A stretch of 64,000 nucleotides of DNA. Origin: an uncultured Erysipelotrichaceae bacterium (lineage in GTDB: Bacteria; Bacillota_I; Bacilli_A; RF39; UBA660). The notes under the pieces are model-generated. The model saw only the letters and a list, made by a program, of their open reading frames with translations, ran no database searches and had not been told where the DNA came from. The stretch lies in the NCBI GenBank assembly GCA_902778125.1, contig CACYWH010000002.1:974-64973 (forward strand), read 5' to 3'. The translations under genes and the position numbers were made by a program. Of this stretch, positions 21,096-30,147 are shown piece after piece; the stretch's first letter is position 1, and each line of letters begins with the position of its first letter.

Positions 21096-22412
21096 TTATA
21101 ATTCTTGTTCACCCTTATTTTTAAATTGTAATATTATTGGTGTTCCACTAAAATCAATATTCTCACGTATTTTATTTTCTAAATATCTATAATAACTAAA
21201 ATGAACAAGTCCTTTAGAGTTTACTTCTATATCAAATCTTGGTGGTTTTGTACCTGATTGATGAGTAAAGTATACTTTTAATTTTTTACCTTTAAATGAT
21301 GCAGGTGGTGTTTCAATAAATGCATCTCTAATAATATCATTTATTATATTTGTTTTAACTTCTTTAATAGAATTGTTATATGATGTTAAAACTTCAGGCA
21401 TAAGTGTGTGAATCCTTTTTTTTGTTTGTGCACTTAAGAAAACAACTTTTGCATAGTCCATAAATTGAAAATTATTTTTAATATCTTTTTTCCATTCTTT
21501 CATGTCTTCATCTTTATTTTCAATTGTATCCCATTTATTTACTACTATTACTATTGGCTTACCAGCTTCAAGTGCATAACCAGCAATATGTTTGTCATGC
21601 TCAACTATTCCAGTAGTAGCATCAAGTACTAAAAGACAAACATCACTTCTATCAATAGCCTTCATGCTTCTTAATAAACTATATTTTTCAACGGCTTCAA
21701 ATATTTTTCCTTTTTTACGAAGCCCTGCTGTATCAATTAAAGTATACTCTTCTTTATTATAAATAAACTTAGTATCTATCGCATCTCTTGTTGTACCTGC
21801 AACAGGACTAACTATTACTCTTTCTTCGTTTAATAAAGCATTTACTAAACTGCTTTTACCTACATTGGGTCTTCCTATTACTGAGATTTTAATATTATTA
21901 TCAAATTCTTCATAACCTTCTTCATAGTTCTCTGTTGCCAGTTTTAATAATTCATTTACACCTCTTCCATGTTCAGCTGAAATATTTACATAATCATCAA
22001 AGCCTAATGAATAAAACTCATATATGTTTTCATTTGATAAATTGCTATCAACTTTATTAATAGCCACTATAACTCTTTTATTTTGTTTTTTTAACATGTC
22101 ACGAATTAGTAAATCACTTGTAGTAAGCCCTTCTTTAGCATCTACGACAAAAATTATGGTATCTGCTTCATCAATACCAATACTAACTTGCATACGAATT
22201 TCATCATTAAAATCTCCATCAGACAAATCTATACCACCTGTATCTATTAAATAAAATGGTATATCTTTATATAATGCTTGACTATAAATTCTATCTCTAG
22301 TTACTCCAGGAGCATCTTCTATAATAGCTACTTTTTTACCAACTATTCTATTGAAAAGTGTGCTTTTACCAGTGTTTGGTCTACCAACTAGACATATAGT
22401 TTGCTTTGCCAT
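21096..22412 (-). CDS. der: Ribosome-associated GTPase Der/EngA (tandem G domains plus KH-like domain)
   Basis: It has two G1 motifs (GRPNTGKST and GRPNVGKSS). The start was moved to MAKQT, 6 nt after GAGGTG. Confidence 0.95.
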   Translation of the reverse strand: MAKQTICLVGRPNTGKSTLFNRIVGKKVAIIEDAPGVTRDRIYSQALYKDIPFYLIDTGGIDLSDGDFNDEIRMQVSIGIDEADTIIFVVDAKEGLTTSDLLIRDMLKKQNKRVIVAINKVDSNLSNENIYEFYSLGFDDYVNISAEHGRGVNELLKLATENYEEGYEEFDNNIKISVIGRPNVGKSSLVNALLNEERVIVSPVAGTTRDAIDTKFIYNKEEYTLIDTAGLRKKGKIFEAVEKYSLLRSMKAIDRSDVCLLVLDATTGIVEHDKHIAGYALEAGKPIVIVVNKWDTIENKDEDMKEWKKDIKNNFQFMDYAKVVFLSAQTKKRIHTLMPEVLTSYNNSIKEVKTNIINDIIRDAFIETPPASFKGKKLKVYFTHQSGTKPPRFDIEVNSKGLVHFSYYRYLENKIRENIDFSGTPIILQFKNKGEQEL

Positions 22413-22492
22413 AGATTTCACCTCGCATACATTATAAACTATTATCTTCTTTTTTTCTAGTATTTTTATAATTTAAATTGTATAATGTATAA

Positions 22493-23137
22493 GTGATGTA
22501 TATGAAAAAAATAGAATTTAAACCTTTAATAACTACAATAGTTTTAATAGCACTTCAATCAATTTGCTACTTGATATCAAAATTATTACAAGGAAGTCCT
22601 TATTTAATTGGTAATGAAATTGATGAATTAATTCCATTTGAAATTGGATTTATAATTCCATATTGCATATGGTATGTCCTTATATTTGCAGTACCTTATC
22701 TTCTATATAAGAAAGACAAAGAATCTTTTATAAGATATATATATAGTTATGGAATATGTACTATTATTGCTAATATAATATTTATATGTTTTCCAACCAC
22801 TGTTTTAAGACCAGACATAGAAGTTACAGGTATATTAACATTCATTGCAGATATAATATTCAAAATAGATACACCAATACTTAATTGTTTTCCTTCCCTA
22901 CACTGCGCTATTAGCATGTTATTTATAACATATATATTAGAAAGTAAAAAGTATAATAAATATACAAAAATATCTATTGTTATAATTTCCATTTTAATAA
23001 TGGCCTCAACTATGTTTGTAAAACAACATGTATTTGTAGATTTTATAAGTGGTAATTTACTAGCATTAATTTCATATTATTCTGTTAAATATTTTTATAA
23101 AAAAAATAATTATGTAAAAAGACTATTAAAGATTTAA
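22493..23137 (+). CDS. PAP2-superfamily membrane phosphatase/transferase
   Basis: It has six predicted TM helices. The C-terminal PAP2 motifs FPSLH and KQHVFVDFISG are present. The start is ambiguous among GTG 22493, ATG 22496 and ATG 22502. Confidence 0.55.
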   Translation: MMYMKKIEFKPLITTIVLIALQSICYLISKLLQGSPYLIGNEIDELIPFEIGFIIPYCIWYVLIFAVPYLLYKKDKESFIRYIYSYGICTIIANIIFICFPTTVLRPDIEVTGILTFIADIIFKIDTPILNCFPSLHCAISMLFITYILESKKYNKYTKISIVIISILIMASTMFVKQHVFVDFISGNLLALISYYSVKYFYKKNNYVKRLLKI

Positions 23138-23243
23138 TAGTTTTTTTGTGTAAAAAATATGAATTTTTTCTGTAAAATAAAGTAAAATTTAATATTAAAT
23201 ACTTGAACTCTATAGTATAATTTAATTAGAAAAAGGTGGTTAT

Positions 23244-24224
23244 ATGAAAAAATATTTAATTTGGTTTGGTATTGCAATGTTAAGTCTTCTTATGATTTTT
23301 GGAATTTATATTTATATAGACCATATTATTCATACTGATGATAGTCCTACTATTGTTAAAGATGGCAAAGATAAAACAAAAGAAGAATATATTTACAAAG
23401 AAGATTTATTATTATTAGGATATAGTGTTGATGAAATAAAAATAATAGAAAATAAAATAAGTAATACAGATGTAAAAAATTATTTACTAGAAAAAAAATA
23501 TGATAATCTAACTAAATTTGCTACATCTCCTTATTTTAAAGCAGAAAATATTGAAAGATATGAAAGTTATTATACTAAAAATAATGAATATTCTTTTGAT
23601 AATATTGTAATATATGTTGAAATAGGATTAGATAAAGAATTCTATACAGATATCACTGAAATAACTAACCACGATGAAATAGATGCTATAGTTAATAAAT
23701 ATTATAAATTACCAAGTAATTTTACTCCAAATGATTTAGTTAGTATTGATGCAAAATATAAGAAATCAAATTATGATTATACATTGAGACAAGTTGCAGT
23801 AGAACCATTATATAGTATGATTGATGCTGCTAAAAAAGATGGCATAGACTTATGGGTAGTATCTGCATATAGAACTGAAAGTACACAAACAAGTTTATTT
23901 AATAATTCTAAAAACAAAGATGGCCTTGAACATGCATTATTGTATTCTGCTAAACCTGGACATTCAGAGCATCAATTAGGACTTGCTGTTGATTTAAATC
24001 TAGCCAATTCAAAAGCACACTTTGAGGATTCCAAAGAGTACGCTTGGTTAAAAGCAAATTCTTATAAATTTGGTTTTATAGAAAGATATCCTAAAGGTAA
24101 AGAATTTATAACTGGATATGGATTTGAACCATGGCACTATAGATATTTAGGAGTTGAACTTGCTACTAATGTTTATATTGATGGAAGTACTTACGAAGAA
24201 TATTTAATTAAGCATTCAAAATAG
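23244..24224 (+). CDS. VanY-type D-alanyl-D-alanine carboxypeptidase (M15B), membrane anchored
   Basis: It has an N-terminal TM helix and the motifs SAYRTESTQ, GHSEHQLGLAVDL and EPWHYRYLG. Confidence 0.8.
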   Translation: MKKYLIWFGIAMLSLLMIFGIYIYIDHIIHTDDSPTIVKDGKDKTKEEYIYKEDLLLLGYSVDEIKIIENKISNTDVKNYLLEKKYDNLTKFATSPYFKAENIERYESYYTKNNEYSFDNIVIYVEIGLDKEFYTDITEITNHDEIDAIVNKYYKLPSNFTPNDLVSIDAKYKKSNYDYTLRQVAVEPLYSMIDAAKKDGIDLWVVSAYRTESTQTSLFNNSKNKDGLEHALLYSAKPGHSEHQLGLAVDLNLANSKAHFEDSKEYAWLKANSYKFGFIERYPKGKEFITGYGFEPWHYRYLGVELATNVYIDGSTYEEYLIKHSK

Positions 24225-24905
24225 TTTCTTAATAAATAATATATAATATAAAGAAAAAACTAATGAACAAGAGATAGTTATAATTAATAATTTAGCTATC
24301 TCTTTTTTTGTATAACTCATTTCAACTTCTTCATTATCATTAGCATAAATATTATGTGAAACCAAGTTTGTTTTATAAACATTTATTTTATATGTATTAA
24401 TATTATCTACATTAATAGTTATAATGTTCTTAGTTTTATTAAAGTTTCCATTCCCAATTATTTCTACATAAGAAGAAGGATTATTAACTTCATAATTAAT
24501 ATCAAGCGGACTATCATTGGAAACTGCTACATTATATTCATAAATATCTTTATTAAAATTAATATTATAATTCGCTATTTCTAGTTTGGTTAATATACCC
24601 TTTTCTAGTTCTTTTTTTATATAGTTTTTATACACATTTATTTCATAATCACCATATTTTGAAGAAGAAACTATAAACTTATTTATCCCCTCTTCTAAAT
24701 TATGCATGCCTTCTCCAAAAATCATGTCATCATCTTCATTAACAACTACAATATTTATATTATCCTTATCTGTATAATAATTGTATTTTTTAATATCCTC
24801 ATTAAAATATGGTATTAATTCATCGTTATCAATCTTAATATATATGGAAGCATTTACATTAAAATGTATTAATAACATAAAAAAAGCAAATAATATTTTT
24901 TTCAT
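24216..24905 (-). CDS. Secreted protein with two cadherin-like beta-sandwich repeats and a C-terminal TM anchor
   Basis: It has a signal peptide. Two repeats of the type L..L.I....L.P.F....Y.Y.V are present (IKIDNDELIPYFNEDIKKYNYY and LTKLEIANYNINFNKDIYEYNVAV), followed by a C-terminal TM helix. Confidence 0.45.
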   Translation of the reverse strand: MKKILFAFFMLLIHFNVNASIYIKIDNDELIPYFNEDIKKYNYYTDKDNINIVVVNEDDDMIFGEGMHNLEEGINKFIVSSSKYGDYEINVYKNYIKKELEKGILTKLEIANYNINFNKDIYEYNVAVSNDSPLDINYEVNNPSSYVEIIGNGNFNKTKNIITINVDNINTYKINVYKTNLVSHNIYANDNEEVEMSYTKKEIAKLLIITISCSLVFSLYYILFIKKLF

Positions 24906-24938
24906 ACTTATATTATTTACTTTTATTAGATTTCTATT

Positions 24939-26216
24939 CTATTTAATAGTTTTAATAATTATTTTTTTAACATTTCTTTTCTTTTTGTCTATTTTGAAAG
25001 AGTTTATAAATAATTCTTCCATGTTATCTAATTTTTTATTATAGAAAATGACACCAAGGATATCACCCTTATTAACTTTCTCTCCAATTGTTTTATTTAA
25101 AACTACACCTACCGCATAATCTATTTTATCTGTTTTTTTATGTCTACCAGCTCCGAGATCATGTACTAATTTAGCAATGGATAAAGAATCTATTTCATTT
25201 ACATATCCGGCTTTAGGAGATACAACAATATATTTTTTTGCATTATCTTTTAGTTTATTTAAATCTCCACCTTGATATTTAATCCACTCAACAAATTTAT
25301 TTCTAGCATGTCCACTTTCTATTAAATTGATAACTAAATTTTTTGCTTTGCGTTGTGAAATTCCCTTAGCAGCACTAATCATTAAACTAGATATATATAC
25401 TACAAGTTCATAAAGTCTTTTATCATATTTGCCCTTAAAGAAATCTATAGCCTCTTTTACTTCAAGAGAATTACCAATATTTCTTCCAAGAGGTGTATTC
25501 ATATCACTTAATGTGCATATAACTTTTTTATTATAATATTTACCAATATTAACCATTGTTTTAGCAAGTTTTGTAGCATCTTTTATATTTTTCATAAAAG
25601 CGCCTTTTCCTACTTTTAAATCAATAACTATTACATCACTACCACTTGCTATTTTTTTGGACATAATTGAACTTGCTATTAAAGGAATTGAATCTACTGC
25701 TCCTATTTCATCCCTTAAAGCATATATTTTTTTATCAGCAACAGCGATTTTATCACTTTGACTAATAACTGCACAACCAACTGTTTCTAATTCATTTAAA
25801 AATTCTTTTTTAGTTATTTTTAATTTATATCCAGTAATACTTTCAAGTTTATCTACAGTACCACCAGTAAGTCCTAAACTTCTACCGCTCATCTTAGGTA
25901 CACAAACACCAGCCGAAGCAACAATTGGAGATACTATTAATGTTATTTTATCTCCAACTCCTCCTGTAGAATGTTTATCTACCACTTTTTTATCAATAGA
26001 TGATAAATCTATAGTTTCTCCACTTTTAATCATTACATCAGTAAGATAGTATGTTTCATCCATACTAAGGCCATTATAATAAATAGCCCATAAAAATTCA
26101 CTCATAGTATGATCGGATATTTTATTTTTTACATAACTATTTACCATGTATTCAATTTCAGAATAAGTTAATTTTTCTTTTGTATTCTTTTTATATATTA
26201 TTTCTAACGCTTTCAC
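24939..26216 (-). CDS. pdp: Pyrimidine-nucleoside (thymidine) phosphorylase
   Basis: The motifs DKHSTGGVGDK and SGRSLGLTGGTVDKLE are present. It starts at a GTG after AGGTGG. Confidence 0.9.
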   Translation of the reverse strand: MKALEIIYKKNTKEKLTYSEIEYMVNSYVKNKISDHTMSEFLWAIYYNGLSMDETYYLTDVMIKSGETIDLSSIDKKVVDKHSTGGVGDKITLIVSPIVASAGVCVPKMSGRSLGLTGGTVDKLESITGYKLKITKKEFLNELETVGCAVISQSDKIAVADKKIYALRDEIGAVDSIPLIASSIMSKKIASGSDVIVIDLKVGKGAFMKNIKDATKLAKTMVNIGKYYNKKVICTLSDMNTPLGRNIGNSLEVKEAIDFFKGKYDKRLYELVVYISSLMISAAKGISQRKAKNLVINLIESGHARNKFVEWIKYQGGDLNKLKDNAKKYIVVSPKAGYVNEIDSLSIAKLVHDLGAGRHKKTDKIDYAVGVVLNKTIGEKVNKGDILGVIFYNKKLDNMEELFINSFKIDKKKRNVKKIIIKTIK

Positions 26217-26261
26217 TAGACCACCTATTATAATTTTACATTAATAACCATTTTTTTTCAA

Positions 26262-27134
26262 TCATCTACCTACAAATTTGTTAACGCGTTCTTTATCAGG
26301 CATATCACTATTATCGATACTACTTAGCATAGATTGTCTATCATAAGGAACGTATACTTCCGTTATATCATAACCAATATTTTTTTCATTTATAATAATA
26401 TAAAATGCCGAATCCAATGGATCTTCTTCATATGCCATTGCAAGTGCTCTTAAAGTTCTAACTTTTACATTATCATCTTGACTAAACATTTTAAAATGAA
26501 TATGTCCTTGTATTATCTCATCATAATAAGAAATTTTTTTACCATCGAAAAGTCTATCCTTTAAAGCAGACATATATCCTAAATTCTCAGGTATTTTTAT
26601 TTTACTCTTTTCTAATATTTCTCTTTCCTGTTCATAACTATTTGTATAATAAAATTGTTTTTGTGGAACTTTTTCCTTGTTTCTAATAGCATCTTGATAT
26701 GACCAAGCATTATGCCCCTTAATATAATCAATTCTTACATCATTAGCAAAATGACATAAACCTATCTTTTTGCCACCAACTATCAAATCATAACTATGTT
26801 TGTTTGTTTTTAATTTTTCTATTTGCAAATCTGATAACTTAGAATATGTCCAATTTTGGCTTGCAATTTTTTTGCTATCAAAGTATGACTTAAATGGTTC
26901 AATTCCAAGAGCACTATAATCCTCACTATTACCATTTATAATATTAACATTATTTTCATTTAAGATATCTAAGACTTCTTTAGGATTTGGACCAACACCA
27001 ATATTATCTCCAAGAGAATATATCTCTTTAATTCCTCTTAATTTTATATCATTTAAAACTGCTACAGTTGGTTCAAGTAAACCATGTACATCAGTAAAAA
27101 TTGCTATTTGTCTTCCAGTATATTTATTTTTCAT
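26262..27134 (-). CDS. Calcineurin-like metallophosphoesterase
   Basis: The motifs IFTDVHG, LGDNIGVGP, NGNSE and GHIH are present. Confidence 0.65.
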   Translation of the reverse strand: MKNKYTGRQIAIFTDVHGLLEPTVAVLNDIKLRGIKEIYSLGDNIGVGPNPKEVLDILNENNVNIINGNSEDYSALGIEPFKSYFDSKKIASQNWTYSKLSDLQIEKLKTNKHSYDLIVGGKKIGLCHFANDVRIDYIKGHNAWSYQDAIRNKEKVPQKQFYYTNSYEQEREILEKSKIKIPENLGYMSALKDRLFDGKKISYYDEIIQGHIHFKMFSQDDNVKVRTLRALAMAYEEDPLDSAFYIIINEKNIGYDITEVYVPYDRQSMLSSIDNSDMPDKERVNKFVGR

Positions 27135-27210
27135 CTACATCACCATTTTAAACCATATATAATTGTATATTATTTTGTGCTATTTTTCAATGATGCATAA
27201 AAGCAGATTA

Positions 27211-27543
27211 TTACTCTGCTTCTTGTTTTTTACTAGATAAGAATGAAACTTTTTCAGCTATAATATCCATTGAATATTTTTTTTCTCCTTCTACTTCATA
27301 ATTAGATGTTTGAATTCTTCCTTTAACACCAATTACATCTCCTTTTTTACAATATTCACAAGTGTTTTCTGCAATAACATTCCATAATGTACAACGAATA
27401 AAATCCGTTTCATAATTTCCTTCCATATTTTTATATGATCTAGGAACTGCAACTGTTATTAATGTTCTTTTTTTGTTATTTTCAGTTACTATTATTTCAG
27501 GATCACTAACAAGTCTACCTGCTATTACAACTTGGTTTAACAT
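27211..27543 (-). CDS. ssb: Single-stranded DNA-binding protein, short paralog without an acidic C-terminal tail (SsbB-like)
   Basis: The OB fold reads MLNQVVIAGRLVSDPE...TDFIRCTLWN. The 110-aa product ends ...SSKKQEAE with no D-D-D-I/L-P-F tip. The start was moved behind the SD AGGAGG. Confidence 0.75.
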   Translation of the reverse strand: MLNQVVIAGRLVSDPEIIVTENNKKRTLITVAVPRSYKNMEGNYETDFIRCTLWNVIAENTCEYCKKGDVIGVKGRIQTSNYEVEGEKKYSMDIIAEKVSFLSSKKQEAE

Positions 27544-27712
27544 AAATATTCCTCCTTTCGTATGAAGGAATATAACACATACTTTTTTGTAAAACAAATC
27601 GATAAAATTTAATTATCTTATATGTTTTTACATCAAATATTCAGATTTTTTTTCATAATCATTTATTATGAATTATTATTTTATGCTATTTTTAATTTTT
27701 TAACAAATTTAA

Positions 27713-28840
27713 TTATTTTGAAAATTCTTCGATTTCTTTTTTATTTTTTAATACTTTTATTAGATAATCTATTTCTTCATATGTATTATAAAAATATAAA
27801 CTGATTCTAACAGTATCTTCTTTATTATCACCCATCTTAGCACAATGTTTGCCACTTCTTACACATATATTTTTGGTGTTTAAATATAATCCTAAATCTC
27901 CGGATAATATTCCATCCATATTTATAATAACTATACTACCTTCACAATTTTTATTGTATATTTTTATATAAGGAATTTTTTCTAACTCTTTTATTAAATA
28001 TTTTCTAAGATATTTTTCATGTTTTTCAATATTATCCATACCAATTTCATTTAAAAAATTTATTGTTTCACTAAAACCTATTATTCCTGCTAAATTACTT
28101 GTACCTGCTTCAAATCTATAAGGAACATCTAATAATTTTAATGAAGAATCATTATATGTTAAATTCATTCCGCCACCAAATTCAAATGGTATCATTTTAT
28201 TTAACAGTGAATATTTTCCATATAATATACCCACTCCTGTAGGGCCACACATTTTGTGAGCTGAAAAAGCTAAAAAATCCACATCTAAATCTGTTACATC
28301 TATTTTTATATGCGGAGCACTTTGAGCTGCATCAACTACAACTAAAATTCCTTTTTTATGTGCTAACTCAATTACTTTAGTATTATTACTTATTTTTTCT
28401 TCAATATCTCTTATGGATAATTTTTCTAAAGTAGAATCAACAAAAACAACTTTTATTCCTTTTTTAACAGATAGTATTAACCATGGCAAAATATTAGAAG
28501 CATGTTCACTACTTGATAGTATTACTTCATCATCTTTTTTAAGATGATTTAAAAAGTATCCAAATACAACCATATTAAGTGAATCAGTTGTATTCTTTGT
28601 AAATATAATTTCTTCTTTTCTTTTAGCATTAATAAACATTTTAACTAAATCTCTTGTATAATCTATTTCATCATCTACCTTAAAACTTATATCATAATCT
28701 CCCCTATGGGAGTTGGCATTATATTCTAAATAATAATCATTCATTTTATTTATAACTCTATAAGGCTTAAATGTAGTAGCTGCATTATCAAAATATATAA
28801 TATTCTTTTCTTTCATTGGAAATTTATTTCCATCTTCCAT
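27713..28840 (-). CDS. Class V aminotransferase / SufS-like cysteine desulfurase with an apparent internal deletion
   Basis: The motifs DNAATT, SAHKMCGPTGVG (PLP Lys) and SGKHCA (catalytic Cys) are present. The segment normally between ..NTK and ..ELAH (hVSNvlGt..p) is missing. The start was moved behind AGGGTGA. Confidence 0.65.
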   Translation of the reverse strand: MEDGNKFPMKEKNIIYFDNAATTFKPYRVINKMNDYYLEYNANSHRGDYDISFKVDDEIDYTRDLVKMFINAKRKEEIIFTKNTTDSLNMVVFGYFLNHLKKDDEVILSSSEHASNILPWLILSVKKGIKVVFVDSTLEKLSIRDIEEKISNNTKVIELAHKKGILVVVDAAQSAPHIKIDVTDLDVDFLAFSAHKMCGPTGVGILYGKYSLLNKMIPFEFGGGMNLTYNDSSLKLLDVPYRFEAGTSNLAGIIGFSETINFLNEIGMDNIEKHEKYLRKYLIKELEKIPYIKIYNKNCEGSIVIINMDGILSGDLGLYLNTKNICVRSGKHCAKMGDNKEDTVRISLYFYNTYEEIDYLIKVLKNKKEIEEFSK

Positions 28841-28987
28841 CTTTATCACCCTAATATAATATACTCATTATTATTTTTATAGAATATAATAAATGTAATA
28901 AATAATGTTAACTTTGACACTTAATTTAAATTAATAATTGTTAAATAGAACCTTATATTGTATAATTATTTTAAGGAAGTGATTTAA

Positions 28988-30118
28988 ATGTCAGAATCAT
29001 CTGGTGGAAAAAGATTAATTATAGTAGGAAGTATAATTGTTGGAATACTAATAGTAATATTGTTAGTAGTTTGGTTCCTTTCAAAAAGGAAGCCAACGTA
29101 TGTTAGTTATGATAAAGCTATAGATACAATGCAAAGAGCAGCTGCTAAGTACTATGATCGTAATAATGACAAATTACCTGTTGAAGATGGTGATTATATA
29201 TTGTCTTATGAAACTCTAGTAAGCGCAAATTTAATTAATCCATTAAATGAATTACTAGTAGATGGAAATACATGTAATGCTCATATTATTGTAACTAATA
29301 AATCAAATTTTTATACTTATACGCCATATTTAAATTGTGAGAATGGATATAAAACAGTAGAATTATATAAAGTATTAACTGCTGAAGATAATATTGTTAC
29401 ATCTGGAAAAGGATTATACAAGGATGAAAATGGAGAATATTATTTTAGAGGAGATGTTAGCAACAATTACATTAAACTTGGTAGAACCTCTTACAACAAA
29501 GAAGAAGTTGATAACATTTGGAGAATAATGGGTATTGAATCTGATAATACTATAAAAATTAGAAAGGTATATCCAACAAACTCAAGTTATGTATGGGATG
29601 ATAGATATAATGAAGAAGCTAGTAGAGCTTATGGATATAATAAATTTGAACTTAGTAAAATAAAAGATATTTTTGAGAAATTAGAAACTAGTGGTTATGT
29701 TTTAACAAAAGAATATAGAAATAAAATAGTTGCAAAGAAATTATGTATTGCTCCTAGAAAAACTGATGATACAACAAAAGATGGTTCTACAGAATGTGCT
29801 ACTCTATCAGAAAAAGAATATAATTTTGGAGTTATTGCTCCTTATGAATTTATGAGAGCTAGCTTAGATGAAAATTGTAAAAACACTTTAAGCCGTTCAT
29901 GTGCAAATTATAATTATTTAGCAACTAGTCAACAAGTAGAATGGTTGGTTACTCCAAGTACAGAATCAAGTTATCAAGTATATGCATTTGATGGTAATAC
30001 ATTTGATTATAAAAGAACATCTAGTTCAAACTATTTATATCTAACAACACACTTAAGTGATAAAGTATTATTCAATAGTGGTAGTGGTACTCTTGAAGAT
30101 CCTTACACTGTTAGATAA
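28988..30118 (+). CDS. Membrane-anchored extracytoplasmic Cys-containing protein (pseudopilin-like N-terminal region); function unknown
   Basis: It has an N-terminal TM helix, the segment YETLVSANLINPL...C.AHIIV and a GEYYFRG....NNYIKLG....WRIMGI module. It has a good SD and a TTGTTA-17-TATAAT promoter. Confidence 0.35.
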   Translation: MSESSGGKRLIIVGSIIVGILIVILLVVWFLSKRKPTYVSYDKAIDTMQRAAAKYYDRNNDKLPVEDGDYILSYETLVSANLINPLNELLVDGNTCNAHIIVTNKSNFYTYTPYLNCENGYKTVELYKVLTAEDNIVTSGKGLYKDENGEYYFRGDVSNNYIKLGRTSYNKEEVDNIWRIMGIESDNTIKIRKVYPTNSSYVWDDRYNEEASRAYGYNKFELSKIKDIFEKLETSGYVLTKEYRNKIVAKKLCIAPRKTDDTTKDGSTECATLSEKEYNFGVIAPYEFMRASLDENCKNTLSRSCANYNYLATSQQVEWLVTPSTESSYQVYAFDGNTFDYKRTSSSNYLYLTTHLSDKVLFNSGSGTLEDPYTVR

Positions 30119-30121
30119 ATT

Positions 30122-30147
30122 AAAAAACGATTGATATCAATCGTTTT
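30122..30147. terminator. Bidirectional terminator between convergent genes
   Basis: The palindrome AACGATTGAT/ATCAATCGTT is flanked by an A5 run and a T5 run. Confidence 0.7.
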
